33,282 nucleotides of DNA, taken from Trichomonas gallinae (Eukaryota). The stretch spans positions 1 through 33,282 of the forward strand of contig MRSU01009229.1 of NCBI GenBank assembly GCA_008369845.1. Reading direction: 5' to 3'. Each line of letters opens with the position of its first letter. Position 1 is the first letter of the stretch. Below are positions 10,738 through 20,880 of this stretch, piece by piece. The notes beneath the pieces were generated by a model. The model was not told where the DNA came from and did no database searches. It was given only the letters and a program-made list of their open reading frames with translations. A program made the translations under genes and the position numbers.

Positions 10738-11616
10738 ATGATTGAAGAAGAGTGTTTATCTAGTCTTGTAGTTAAAACTGTTCTTTGGGCACCAGGCTGG
10801 GAGGAAAGTGTTGACTCAAACAACAACGGCCATGCCTCTGCCTCGCTCGCTTCCAAGGAAAAAAGGAATTTTACTGAAACAGAGAGACAACTTATCCATA
10901 AAGGAATGGATTTAGTCGTAGGTATACCAGACCAAAAGGTTTCTGCAGCTCCTGACTACTTAACATCGCTTACAACACCAATTCCATCGTATACAACAAT
11001 GCATTGCATCGTTAGAAGAACTAAAGGCAACACAGAAAAGATCACCATTCAAAAAGAGAACGAACCAAACGATCCTATCTTGTTGCAGGCTGAGCGTGCA
11101 ACAAAAGGAAGAGATGCTGTTTGGGTTATTACTTCTCCTGTATGCGATATTGGCGAATGCGTAGTATATAGTGGTGGAAAGCAGTCATACTACTGTGTTT
11201 TGAACTCTTTTGAGGAAGTTGCTGTTAAATTTAAGACAAACTCGAAAGCACCAAATCTTTCTGCTTTAGATGCTATACTTCCAGCTCTTGTCAGAGATTC
11301 TGGCTGCAGAACACCTATTCATTATACAGGAAATGGCTCATTTTTACTCCAGCAATCAACAGCTGAGAAAATGTCTTCGGATTGCGTCAAAATCACATCA
11401 AAGGAACCACAGAAGAAGGATAACAGATACGTCTTAATGTTTAATGGAAGAGTTAAAGCTGCATCTAAGAAGAATTTCATACTCATTCTTCCTTCCATGC
11501 CAACAAGAGATCTACTTCTTTGTGGAAAGCGTGCAGACTCTGAATATGTCTTTGATATGAATTGGCCTCTATCATTGATCCAAGGATTCGCAATATATCT
11601 ATCCTTCTTCAACTAA
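10738..11616 (+). CDS. Tubby (TUB) C-terminal domain protein
   Basis: SKEPQ.....YVLMFNGRVKAASKKNFIL...CGK....YVFDMNWPLSLIQGFAIYLSFF matches the Tubby C-terminal signature. Stop lies within TAAA. Confidence 0.88.
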   Translation: MIEEECLSSLVVKTVLWAPGWEESVDSNNNGHASASLASKEKRNFTETERQLIHKGMDLVVGIPDQKVSAAPDYLTSLTTPIPSYTTMHCIVRRTKGNTEKITIQKENEPNDPILLQAERATKGRDAVWVITSPVCDIGECVVYSGGKQSYYCVLNSFEEVAVKFKTNSKAPNLSALDAILPALVRDSGCRTPIHYTGNGSFLLQQSTAEKMSSDCVKITSKEPQKKDNRYVLMFNGRVKAASKKNFILILPSMPTRDLLLCGKRADSEYVFDMNWPLSLIQGFAIYLSFFN

Positions 11617-12019
11617 ATGTATTTATTGATATTGTACCTCATCATTTGGTATCTTTTATTCTTTATTTTTACTCAATTTTGAATTTTGTGAAAAATTACT
11701 TAATTTCATTCAACCACAATCAAACATGTAGTATAATAGACCATAATTATATAAATTTCATCAATAAAATATGCAATTTCAATAAATGAAATTAGATGAA
11801 AAAATATTAATGAGGAATCAATTAAATAGAAATTGGAATTAATATAGATATTGAAATATAAATAAAAATCCAAAAGATATGATGCTAAAAAGACAAAATT
11901 TTTTTTTTTCAAAATCTGATTTTTTTAACTTTGAACCATTTTGGTGATGAATTTATTAATTATAGGTGTTGTAGATGATAAAAAAGCAAAAATAGAAGAA
12001 ATTAGAAAAAAAGATCTAA

Positions 12020-12050
12020 AAAGTGACGAAAGCGGTTTTGGTCTGCCTTT
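12020..12050 (+). promoter_or_regulatory. Trichomonad core promoter: M2 (AAAGTGAC 12020-12027), M3 (AGCGGTTT 12031-12038), M5 (CCTTT 12046-12050)
   Basis: Matches to described T. vaginalis core-promoter motifs, directly before the RPL32 ATG at 12054. M5 is the alternative initiator reported to be common in ribosomal protein genes. Confidence 0.85.
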
Positions 12051-12053
12051 CCG

Positions 12054-12455
12054 ATGCCAGCTCCAGCAGCACACAAACCAATCGTTCACAAGAAGACAAA
12101 CAAGTTCCATCGCCACCAGTCCGACCTTTGGGTTCGCGTCCCATCATCATGGCGCCGCCCACATGGCCTTGACTGCCGTTTCCGCAGGAAGTATCGTGGT
12201 GCCCCAATCCACCCAAGCATCGGCTTCGGCTCTGATAAGGCAACAAGATACATGCTCCCATCTGGCTTCATCCCAGTTATTGTTCGCTCCCTCAAGGATC
12301 TCGATATGCTCCTCACAAAGAACACAACACACGGTGCTATCATTTCCCACCAGGTTGGCCTTAAGCTCCAGCAGGAAATCATCAAGAAGGCTCAGGAGCT
12401 TGATATCGCCATCCTTAACACAGCCCGCAAGGTCAAGAATGTCGAGCAGCAGTAA
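12054..12455 (+). CDS. RPL32: 60S ribosomal protein L32 (eL32)
   Basis: IVHKKTNKFHRHQSD...SWRRPHGLDCRFRRKYRG...PSIGFGSDKATRYMLPSG. Strong codon bias; stop lies within TAAA. Confidence 0.97.
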   Translation: MPAPAAHKPIVHKKTNKFHRHQSDLWVRVPSSWRRPHGLDCRFRRKYRGAPIHPSIGFGSDKATRYMLPSGFIPVIVRSLKDLDMLLTKNTTHGAIISHQVGLKLQQEIIKKAQELDIAILNTARKVKNVEQQ

Positions 12456-12673
12456 AATATCTTGAATATATTCATTTTACTAATCATTTCAAATAATTTA
12501 CTTTTTATTTATCAAGATTTTAAAAAAGAAATTTCATCGGACAAATCACCCTCAACTAAAAGAATTTGTGGAATTTGAAGATGAAATGATTGTAAATACA
12601 ATTCAATATACTAAAAACCATGATGTTCAAGGAATTTTTATTACCAATATTATTAAACTGAAAACAAACCATT

Positions 12674-13111
12674 TTATTCTTTAACATTGCCAGGGGCAGC
12701 ATCTGGCTCGAAATCTTTATATGATGGGCCATTGATATGGATTGGATGCTGGTTAGCAGCTTTAAATGTACAGTCGACGATCATAATATCTGGGAACTTA
12801 GCAAGGCAATTAGATTCACCCTTTAATATCATACCATCGAAATTCGTGAAAAATAGTCTGCGAAGGTTAAGAATAGATGGTTGGACTCCTTGGAGAAGAT
12901 TAACAAGAGGCTTTCTGAAATATCTTCCAACAATTGGTTCGACTTCTTTCTGACCTTTGATTGTAAGATTCCTGGATTGACGTGCTGTGATGAAATCGGA
13001 AAGAACTGGTGGATCTAAAAGCGACTTGTCATTCTCTGTGTTTTCTTCTTCTGTTTTTGCTTGTTCTTCACAGTATACGTTCTTTGCGAAAAGTAAGAAG
13101 AAAACAAACAT
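12674..13111 (-). CDS. Hypothetical protein with signal peptide
   Basis: First ATG at 13111 gives MFVFFLLFAKNVYC followed by an acidic stretch. Coding-like composition. Confidence 0.7.
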   Translation of the reverse strand: MFVFFLLFAKNVYCEEQAKTEEENTENDKSLLDPPVLSDFITARQSRNLTIKGQKEVEPIVGRYFRKPLVNLLQGVQPSILNLRRLFFTNFDGMILKGESNCLAKFPDIMIVDCTFKAANQHPIHINGPSYKDFEPDAAPGNVKE

Positions 13112-13158
13112 AAAAATAAAAGGGTAAAACAAATTTCCCTTGATTATATTTTAGCTGG

Positions 13159-13385
13159 AACGATAAAGTTATAGTCGAAATCTTCTTTAATTTATTCCCA
13201 TTGTTATCACTGCCATGCAACTGTGAAAAAAAATGGAATTTCGCTTCATAAAATCTTGAAAATTGACAATTTGCTATTTTGCAGCATCAGCATGGTAATT
13301 ATGAGTAGAGTTATAAGTATAAAAATTGAGAATAAATTTATGGATTTAATTTTGGAAATTTAGCAGCAACGATAAAGTTATAGTC
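13159..13385 (+). repeat. 18-bp exact direct repeat AACGATAAAGTTATAGTC (13159-13176, 13368-13385)
   Basis: Identical copies 209 bp apart, each preceded by TTTAGC.G. Confidence 0.8.
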
Positions 13386-14049
13386 TGGAATGTTCGATTA
13401 TAATATAACACGTTTTATTTAATACAATTATTCAAGCTTTTCATAAGAAATCTAACATATGATAAAAAAATTTTATCAAGTTGAAGCGCTATATTGGATT
13501 ATGCATGATATTTTTAACTTTTTTCAATATCATACCAATTATCTTTATTCCATTTTGTTATATTATCAAATGAATTTTTTCAAAAATATGTCATGTAAAA
13601 TGTAAAATTTTGTCAAGGCAGTATTTTTGAGTTTATATGTCAAATGAAAAACAATTATGATGTTTTTATGACTAAATAATATAAGAAAGCATGTTATAAT
13701 TATTTATTTTCAAATAGTTAATAGTATAGATTTGTATTCTGGAATATTGAACAAACAAAATAATATTTTCATTTTCATATTTTTCCTTGATTTGACAAGT
13801 AAATTTTAAATTGAAATATTTACATTGATGTATACCATTCAAATTGGATTATAAAAGTTTTTTAGTGTTTCCTGGCTTTTATGCATACATATATCCCAAT
13901 TATCACATTAAAATTTTGCATAACGACTCGATTTTTTTGGAGATTTGTCACGAATAGTCGCATCATCTCTTATTTTATTCTAATAATATTCCTTAGATGT
14001 TGATAATTAAAATCATCCCATTTTGAATTAACTATCTCAAATTGCATTA

Positions 14050-14778
14050 ATGATTTTTAATATAATTAGTCTAGCAATTATCAAATGTGTTATATTTGAT
14101 GTTGATGGGACTCTTCTAGATTCAGAAGGTTTCCTTGAAAAGTCTGTTTATGAATACACTAAGAAAGAAATGAGTGATGAATTAAAACAACGACTTCAAG
14201 GTAAAGGCACTTTAGCATTAGGTCAGGAAATCACAAAGTATTTCAACATATCAGAAGATCCATTAGAATTCATGGAAAAAATAGATGAAATAAATATTAG
14301 ATTATTAAATGATGTTCAATTCCTTCCTGGTGCAAAAAGAATTGTAGAAAAGTTCCACAAGAGAAACATGAAAATGGGATTAGCAACAGGATCTCCTAAA
14401 TTTTTGTTTGATGCTAAAATAAAACAGAATAAAAAAGTATTTGATAAATTTGATGCTGTGATAACCGGAGATCAAGTTGAGCACGGAAAACCGCATCCAG
14501 AGAGCTTCCTCCGCGCAATGAAAAGTTTGAATGTAACAGACCCATCAGAGTGTTTAGTTTTTGAAGATTCTGCGAACGGAGTAAAAGCAGCAGTTTCTTC
14601 TGGCATGCATTGCGTCATGGTGCCAAACAAAGCGCTTCCTTATGAAGAGGAGCTCAAAAGGTTAGATGCTAAGCCAACGATTATCTTAGACTCCTTGAAT
14701 GATTTCAATTTTTCCCATTATGTATTCATGGGCAAACAAGAAATCAATAATGCAAACATAAACAATAATGAACTTTAG
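14050..14778 (+). CDS. HAD-superfamily hydrolase (subfamily IA, pseudouridine-5'-phosphatase/GS1-like)
   Basis: Motif I FDVDGTLLDSE, motif II ATGS, motif III GKPHPE, motif IV CLVFEDSANG. Confidence 0.92.
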   Translation: MIFNIISLAIIKCVIFDVDGTLLDSEGFLEKSVYEYTKKEMSDELKQRLQGKGTLALGQEITKYFNISEDPLEFMEKIDEINIRLLNDVQFLPGAKRIVEKFHKRNMKMGLATGSPKFLFDAKIKQNKKVFDKFDAVITGDQVEHGKPHPESFLRAMKSLNVTDPSECLVFEDSANGVKAAVSSGMHCVMVPNKALPYEEELKRLDAKPTIILDSLNDFNFSHYVFMGKQEINNANINNNEL

Positions 14779-16171
14779 TAAAACATCATTTTCGACGCAA
14801 TCTCTCTATTTTTATATATATTTATAGCATACTATAAAATTATTATCATGCTTTCATTAAGGAGTGTTATAATGAATTAAACATGATCAATTTCATATAT
14901 GACACTATTTATATTATAGCTTAATGCCATTATGCCATATCAATATTTGAATTTATCGAATCAAAAAAGATTTTGTTGTATTAAGTGGTTGAGATGCATA
15001 GGATCGGAAGTGTATTGTGTTGTATCCTGTTTTTCTAGTGTATTACTCAAAATATTCTGAGATGCAAATTTGATAAATTGGTACTAGAGTTTTTGCACTT
15101 GATAGGTATGTTTATTTCTGTATTTATAGAGTTCATAATCATTTTTAGCTCAAAAAAGATATTCGATATGTTCATCATGAAATATATAAAAAGCATCAAA
15201 TTGATGTGATATTGCATGTAATAGAAAGGATTTTTGAGTTTGTGGTAGCTATATCTATTCATTGAAGTTATTTTTGCGAGTCGTATTTTTTTCTTTGTAA
15301 GAATTCAGATTTCAAATGATCAACCGATATATCTCGATGATAAAATGCACTCTCTTATGTTTTAAACGAAAAAAACGATATTATTATAAAATGATGTAAT
15401 ATGACTTTTGTGCGAGCTATATACGCTAATTTGTTCATGTGTTAAATTAATGTCAATGTTATGGTTGTATGGGCTTAATCTGAAATCTCTCATCCTTTGT
15501 CTTTCGGCAGTGGCTTGAGATTTATTTGTCCGTAACAAAAAAAAAAATGAAATTTTATAAATTCTGCTCATTTCACGTTTTTTATATTGTATATCTTACC
15601 CCCATCATAAATATGCATTGTTGAATTTTTTGTTATTTCAAAATTTCAACAAAATCAAAAGGAAATTCGGACAAAATTTATTTCAGATTTTATGAAAAAT
15701 GAAAAAATAACCAAAAATTTCTGTGAAATACGCCAAAAATGAAACGGCAGATAGGCTATATAATAGATTTGAAGCATAAATTATCAAGAAAAACAGCGTT
15801 TAAAAAGTACCGTTTGCGATATATAAATATTGTAAGTTATATACAGCAGAAATGATTCATTGCTTGTTAAGTATATCGTTATTTGAACTGCAATGAAGAC
15901 CAATAACATGCTATAGGTGGCCAGCTCCAAAAATTTCAACTTTCTCATAATATAATCAACGACTAGCAGATTGATTTTCCTAGCAAAATGAACGAGATAA
16001 TTCCTCTGGGTGTTGATGCATTTGTTTTGCTATAAATACCTTACACATTCAACGATTTGTAGAAATTTTATGCTTTCTGCCTCTTTTTAGGGTTTGTGTA
16101 AAATAAATGTAAGATTACAACTAAAATAAGATTTAATAAAACAAACAATGATATTAAATAAGAAAAATATT

Positions 16172-16891
16172 CTATTTGTGATTGAGCAAATTGAAAATAT
16201 TGAGATACTTCTCATAATCATCTTGTGGAGGTGGAGGAAGTGGTGATTGTGGTGCCGAATCTTCACCTAATTTAGGAATAGTGTATTTAGGTTCAATTGA
16301 GTTGATTACGCATGTCTTCATATCATTTTTAGTGATGGCAACGAATATTGGATTTCCATTTGGTGATTGGACTGCTGTAACTGACTCTACTACTTCGTTT
16401 CTAGAAGATGATAAATCTTTAGCAACAAGATAGCAGGCTTCAATAACTGTGTGGTTATTGTATCCATTTCTCTTTACATGTTCTGTGGCTCTTTTGAATG
16501 GATTCTCAGTGCATACAGTTCCATCGGCATAATTCTTGGTTTCCACGGAAATGAATGTTTCCAAGTATGGTTTAAGAACCTCGTAATGTTTTGAGATGAA
16601 TACATAGAGAGGGTATGATGTTTTGCAGATTCTATGAATATGGATATGTGTTAAAGGCTCTATTGCCTTAAGTACTGCAACAATGCATGATATATTTACT
16701 CTCTTAGCATATTTGTTTCTCCAAAGCTTTCCAATTTCAGGGTCATTCGAATATTGATTGAAAAATATAATTGCACTTTGCAATTCTTTTAGTCTAGATA
16801 CTGTTTTGGGCTTGACGAATAGTGATCCTAGGTAATCGCGATGATTCTGCGTCAGTTTATCAAGAGATTTGCCGTAGATGTACATAGTCAT
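16172..16891 (-). CDS. Hypothetical protein, possible transcription regulator
   Basis: First ATG at 16891. Basic helical N-terminal region, Pro-rich tract, C-terminal YLNIFNLLN. Confidence 0.7.
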   Translation of the reverse strand: MTMYIYGKSLDKLTQNHRDYLGSLFVKPKTVSRLKELQSAIIFFNQYSNDPEIGKLWRNKYAKRVNISCIVAVLKAIEPLTHIHIHRICKTSYPLYVFISKHYEVLKPYLETFISVETKNYADGTVCTENPFKRATEHVKRNGYNNHTVIEACYLVAKDLSSSRNEVVESVTAVQSPNGNPIFVAITKNDMKTCVINSIEPKYTIPKLGEDSAPQSPLPPPPQDDYEKYLNIFNLLNHK

Positions 16892-18109
16892 GCTTAATAA
16901 ATTTTGAAGAAATTTTTCATATAAAAAAACAAAAGAAGTGGAAAATTTCGGCAAAAATTTATGAAATCATTTGTTTACGTATAAGATGATATTTATTAAT
17001 ATGTAAAATGCTTTTTCAATTATTTCTCAAAAATCTTGTGAAGTTTTTCAATATTTTCTATGATTCCGTTGTCAAAAGGATTTTGAAAAATTTGCGCCTT
17101 TTTAACCTGAAAATCTCAATGTTTACATCATTTTAGATCGTTTTGCATTATCAGTTCCGATCAAAATTTTTTGAAATGAGAAACTTCAGAATTCGGAAGG
17201 TTCCAGTCGAAAACGTGACAATGGTGATCCAACTATATACATACTATAATAAATAGATTTTTTTGAAATTTGTTTGATGATCGATCCGGTGATGATCGAA
17301 AACGGCAATTAAACAATGAAAATTTGGGAAATTGGTGTTCTCTAATACTGCATTATCAAAGAGATCATCGTCAATTTTGGATCAAAATTTCATCGATAAT
17401 TTCAAAAAATAAGAATTGTGACTAGCTATTTAAACAGTAAATTCTATTCACATCATATGAAAATTCTATGATGTCTGTTGTTTGTAAAAGCTGTTGTAAA
17501 TTTGATCAAGGAATTTCACTTGTCTTCATATTAAGAGAAATGGTTGGGTTATTTACGTTCGTGTATAACCCACAGTATTAACCACATTAATATAATGCTT
17601 AACTGCACCTTATTAACTCGAGATCAAATTAAATCAAAAACTGAACGTTTTACACATGTATACATAGTCACCTCGACAAATTCTTAAAATTTATCGGTGA
17701 AATATGATGAACCGAAACACGTTTTAATCATCTGAAATATATTTGGAGTGAAAAATAGTGATTGAGCCTATAAGACGATTCCAATAGTGTCATTGAACTA
17801 TTTTGATACTACAAATTCTGATATTATTATAAAAAGATCCAAAATTTGATTAAAAAGACTGCCAAAGCCAAGCAATTCATTCTAACTGAAAATATTGATC
17901 TTGTATATCCAAATGGCATCATCCTTACTATTCAATAAACATAATATGATTAGAAATGTTTTTAGGGATGCATATGATTGTAGAAATAGCTCTTAATTCA
18001 ACTATTGATGCAGAATATCTGTACAAAATAGTGCTAACTAAATCCTATATTAAAGTTTCGCGATGAATGATTTTTTGACATGTAAAATTTATGTGACAAA
18101 TTAATTCTT

Positions 18110-19216
18110 ATGGCGCAAATTCCATTATGTCGCGAAAACCAATACAATGAAATCGTTTCTGCTTTATCAGCAGGAATTCGTCTTATTGTAATATCAGGAC
18201 CAACATCATCAGGAAAAACATCGACAATTCAATCAATTTGCAAACGCGACGATCTAAATATGAAGAAACATCATATTTTTTGCGAAACAGATATGGAACT
18301 TGGCGCATTTTACACTAAATTAGCATCTGGATTTGCTGATAAAGAAAGGAAGCCAAGATCTTTCCAACAATTTATCGAATTCTTCGAATCTGCTTCTCCA
18401 TCAGTCATTTTCATTGATTCATTCGATCTCCTTGGTGAAATTGGCAAGCAAATCTTTGCAACGTTTAAGTCTGCTGTGGAAGGAAATTTATTACCAAGCT
18501 TTTCTTTTGTTTTCAGTTCAAGAGTTTCACCAATTAATTTTACAAGTGATCCTCTCTCAGTTTTCAATATTGATTTCACTCCATATTCAGATTCGGAAAT
18601 TATGCAAATTGTTCGAGCCGCAGGCAAAAATACAGACACAGATGAATTCATCGAGTACTTAGAAAAAGTTATACAAGTGTCACGTCCGCTTACTCATGAT
18701 ATTCGTGATATAATTTATATAACGTTCAAGTTAGAGAAATCAGAAGTCAGACCGGAGGACAAGCTCTTCCCCAAGATTATACTCAATGAACTTCGTTCAA
18801 TTCGCGACAGTGTTCAATCGCGAATTGTTGATTTACCAAAAATCGGCTGTTTGCTTTTGGTTGCTGCTTTTATTGCATCAAAAACATCGTCATTGTCAGA
18901 TGTTGCGCACTTAACTCGCGCTTCAAGGCGTGGAAGAAAACAAAAAACCTATTTGCAGCCACACGAATATGTAAGCCTTGGACGTATCATGGCCATCTCC
19001 AAGGCTCTTGATTTCCATCATTGCGATAACTTTGAATTCGATTATGCTGCTTATATTCAGCTTCATAATCTTCAATCTCTTAAACTTATCGAAATCCGCG
19101 GCGATATTAGACATGATCCAAAGATTAAGATCCTTGCTACAGAAGACGAAGTCAAATCTGTTGGTCTCAATGTTGAAATCGATGTTCAATATTATATTTC
19201 AGATGATGCTAATTAG
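18110..19216 (+). CDS. ORC5: Origin recognition complex subunit 5-like AAA+ ATPase
   Basis: N-terminal CRE.Q, Walker A GPTSSGKT, Walker B IFIDSFD. ORC5 C-terminal pattern LP....LLLVAAFIAS......D...P....L.RIMAI...QL..L..LKLI. Confidence 0.8.
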   Translation: MAQIPLCRENQYNEIVSALSAGIRLIVISGPTSSGKTSTIQSICKRDDLNMKKHHIFCETDMELGAFYTKLASGFADKERKPRSFQQFIEFFESASPSVIFIDSFDLLGEIGKQIFATFKSAVEGNLLPSFSFVFSSRVSPINFTSDPLSVFNIDFTPYSDSEIMQIVRAAGKNTDTDEFIEYLEKVIQVSRPLTHDIRDIIYITFKLEKSEVRPEDKLFPKIILNELRSIRDSVQSRIVDLPKIGCLLLVAAFIASKTSSLSDVAHLTRASRRGRKQKTYLQPHEYVSLGRIMAISKALDFHHCDNFEFDYAAYIQLHNLQSLKLIEIRGDIRHDPKIKILATEDEVKSVGLNVEIDVQYYISDDAN

Positions 19217-19275
19217 TTTATTTTATTATGTTAAGTGGATGTAAAATAACAAATTTATTAATATAATTATTTAGT

Positions 19276-20049
19276 TTAATGTGGGAGAATTGATAATAAT
19301 GCGATCATTTCACTTGTTCTTGGTTCTAGTTTGAGAACATTTTGATATAATAGCTCACCTTCTTCAAATGGATGCTTTTGCGTGTTATTTATTAAAGTGA
19401 TCGAAAATTGAATTAAAAGATCAATCGCTGCGTCTTCTGTTTTGAATTTATCAATGGCATTTGATATTGATTCGATAATACCTGTTTGGATAATAGAATT
19501 TGCGATGAATTTGTTCAATGAGATGTTATTTAGATAAGATAATGCTTCCTTCATATCTATTCCGAATGATTCAGATGAATCTATAATATTCTTAGCATTG
19601 TAGCATAGCTGGCCTACAGATGTTGTATTTTCTTCAATAAATTTCTCTCGATATTCAACATTAGCAGAAATATTGCCTAGAATTCCAAAGCATGCTGCAA
19701 TTACATTAGGATTCATCTCAGATGCAATGTATTCAATAATAGTTTCGCGATATTCATATATGTCTTCAAGATTCGATTCAAATCTGCTTAGTTCCCAAAC
19801 AGCTTGAAGTAAACTTACTTTGAACGCTTCTTCTTCGTTGATGATATTATTGGCAATGCATTTGATCCATTGTTCTTCCTTAAAAATGTCATCTTTCAAT
19901 TTCTGATTATCATTTTTCATTTTAATGATATCCGCATCTTGTTTTGCTTTACGCTGCCTTACCAGCTCATTGAATATCATCACCTGATGAAGTAAATCTT
20001 GTGAACATTCATTTGCTGTATGTATTTGCTCAAGAAAATCAGCTTCCAT
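19276..20049 (-). CDS. Coiled-coil + armadillo-repeat protein (HSF2BP/MEILB2-like)
   Basis: N-terminal coiled coil, then ARM-like LL.AVW.LS, ACFGILGNISA...YRE.F and L.NISLN. First ATG at 20049, with GTCACTTT upstream. Confidence 0.75.
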   Translation of the reverse strand: MEADFLEQIHTANECSQDLLHQVMIFNELVRQRKAKQDADIIKMKNDNQKLKDDIFKEEQWIKCIANNIINEEEAFKVSLLQAVWELSRFESNLEDIYEYRETIIEYIASEMNPNVIAACFGILGNISANVEYREKFIEENTTSVGQLCYNAKNIIDSSESFGIDMKEALSYLNNISLNKFIANSIIQTGIIESISNAIDKFKTEDAAIDLLIQFSITLINNTQKHPFEEGELLYQNVLKLEPRTSEMIALLSILPH

Positions 20050-20880
20050 CAAAAATTAATTAATTTTGATGCTGCGAAAAGTGACAAAATCACATCAAAA
20101 AATTCTTTCCTATAAATTGTTGGGTGAGAGGATGATATGATAGAGGCTTTGGTGGCACAACAAAAATAACCAATAAGCATTTTTTTTTTGAGAGATCATT
20201 AAATACTTTCTCTATACATTAGCAAACAACGAAATATATTGGCATATAAGGAAATTTTTGTTTAATAACCCAAGCTATTGCAATCATGATTGAAATTGAT
20301 AGCGAATATCTTACCAAGATGGAGCACACGATAATGCTAAACATTCTTATTCTCATCAACTCACGAAGTTATATATGCTCACTGTATTCGTAAATAACAT
20401 TGTAAATGATGTAATGATGATATAATGATGTTAGTTCCTTAAAATCATTTTTTTGACAAATAATTCTCTAATTTGTCATTGTAAATTTATCAATCATTTT
20501 TTTGACAATGTAAAATATTCAAAAATTAGCGTTAAAAATTAAAAACCTCAATATGACATTCTTATAAAATCCATTTATTTCACCCAATGCTTTCACACCC
20601 GTAAAATTAAAAATTTAGAAGATGTAAAAATGATTTGTCAAAAATTTTGTAAAAACAAATTCGAGCAAAACTGCGTACAAACCATTCATATAAACATATA
20701 GATTATATATTTCGTACTTATAAAACTCAAAACGAGTTTAAATCATAAAATAAATAATAATTTAAAAAATAGGGATAGAATGAGTAAAAGAATGCAGATT
20801 TGCATAAAAAAGAAAAATTGTGAAGTGACCTATCGGAATTATGATCGTCACCTTGTTTTCAATATTATGTCTATTTTATA

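Noticed and set aside
11941..12465. 174-aa ORF and antisense ORFs overlapping RPL32
   Set aside because: Shadow frames from strong codon bias; they run through the core promoter and have no recognisable motifs.
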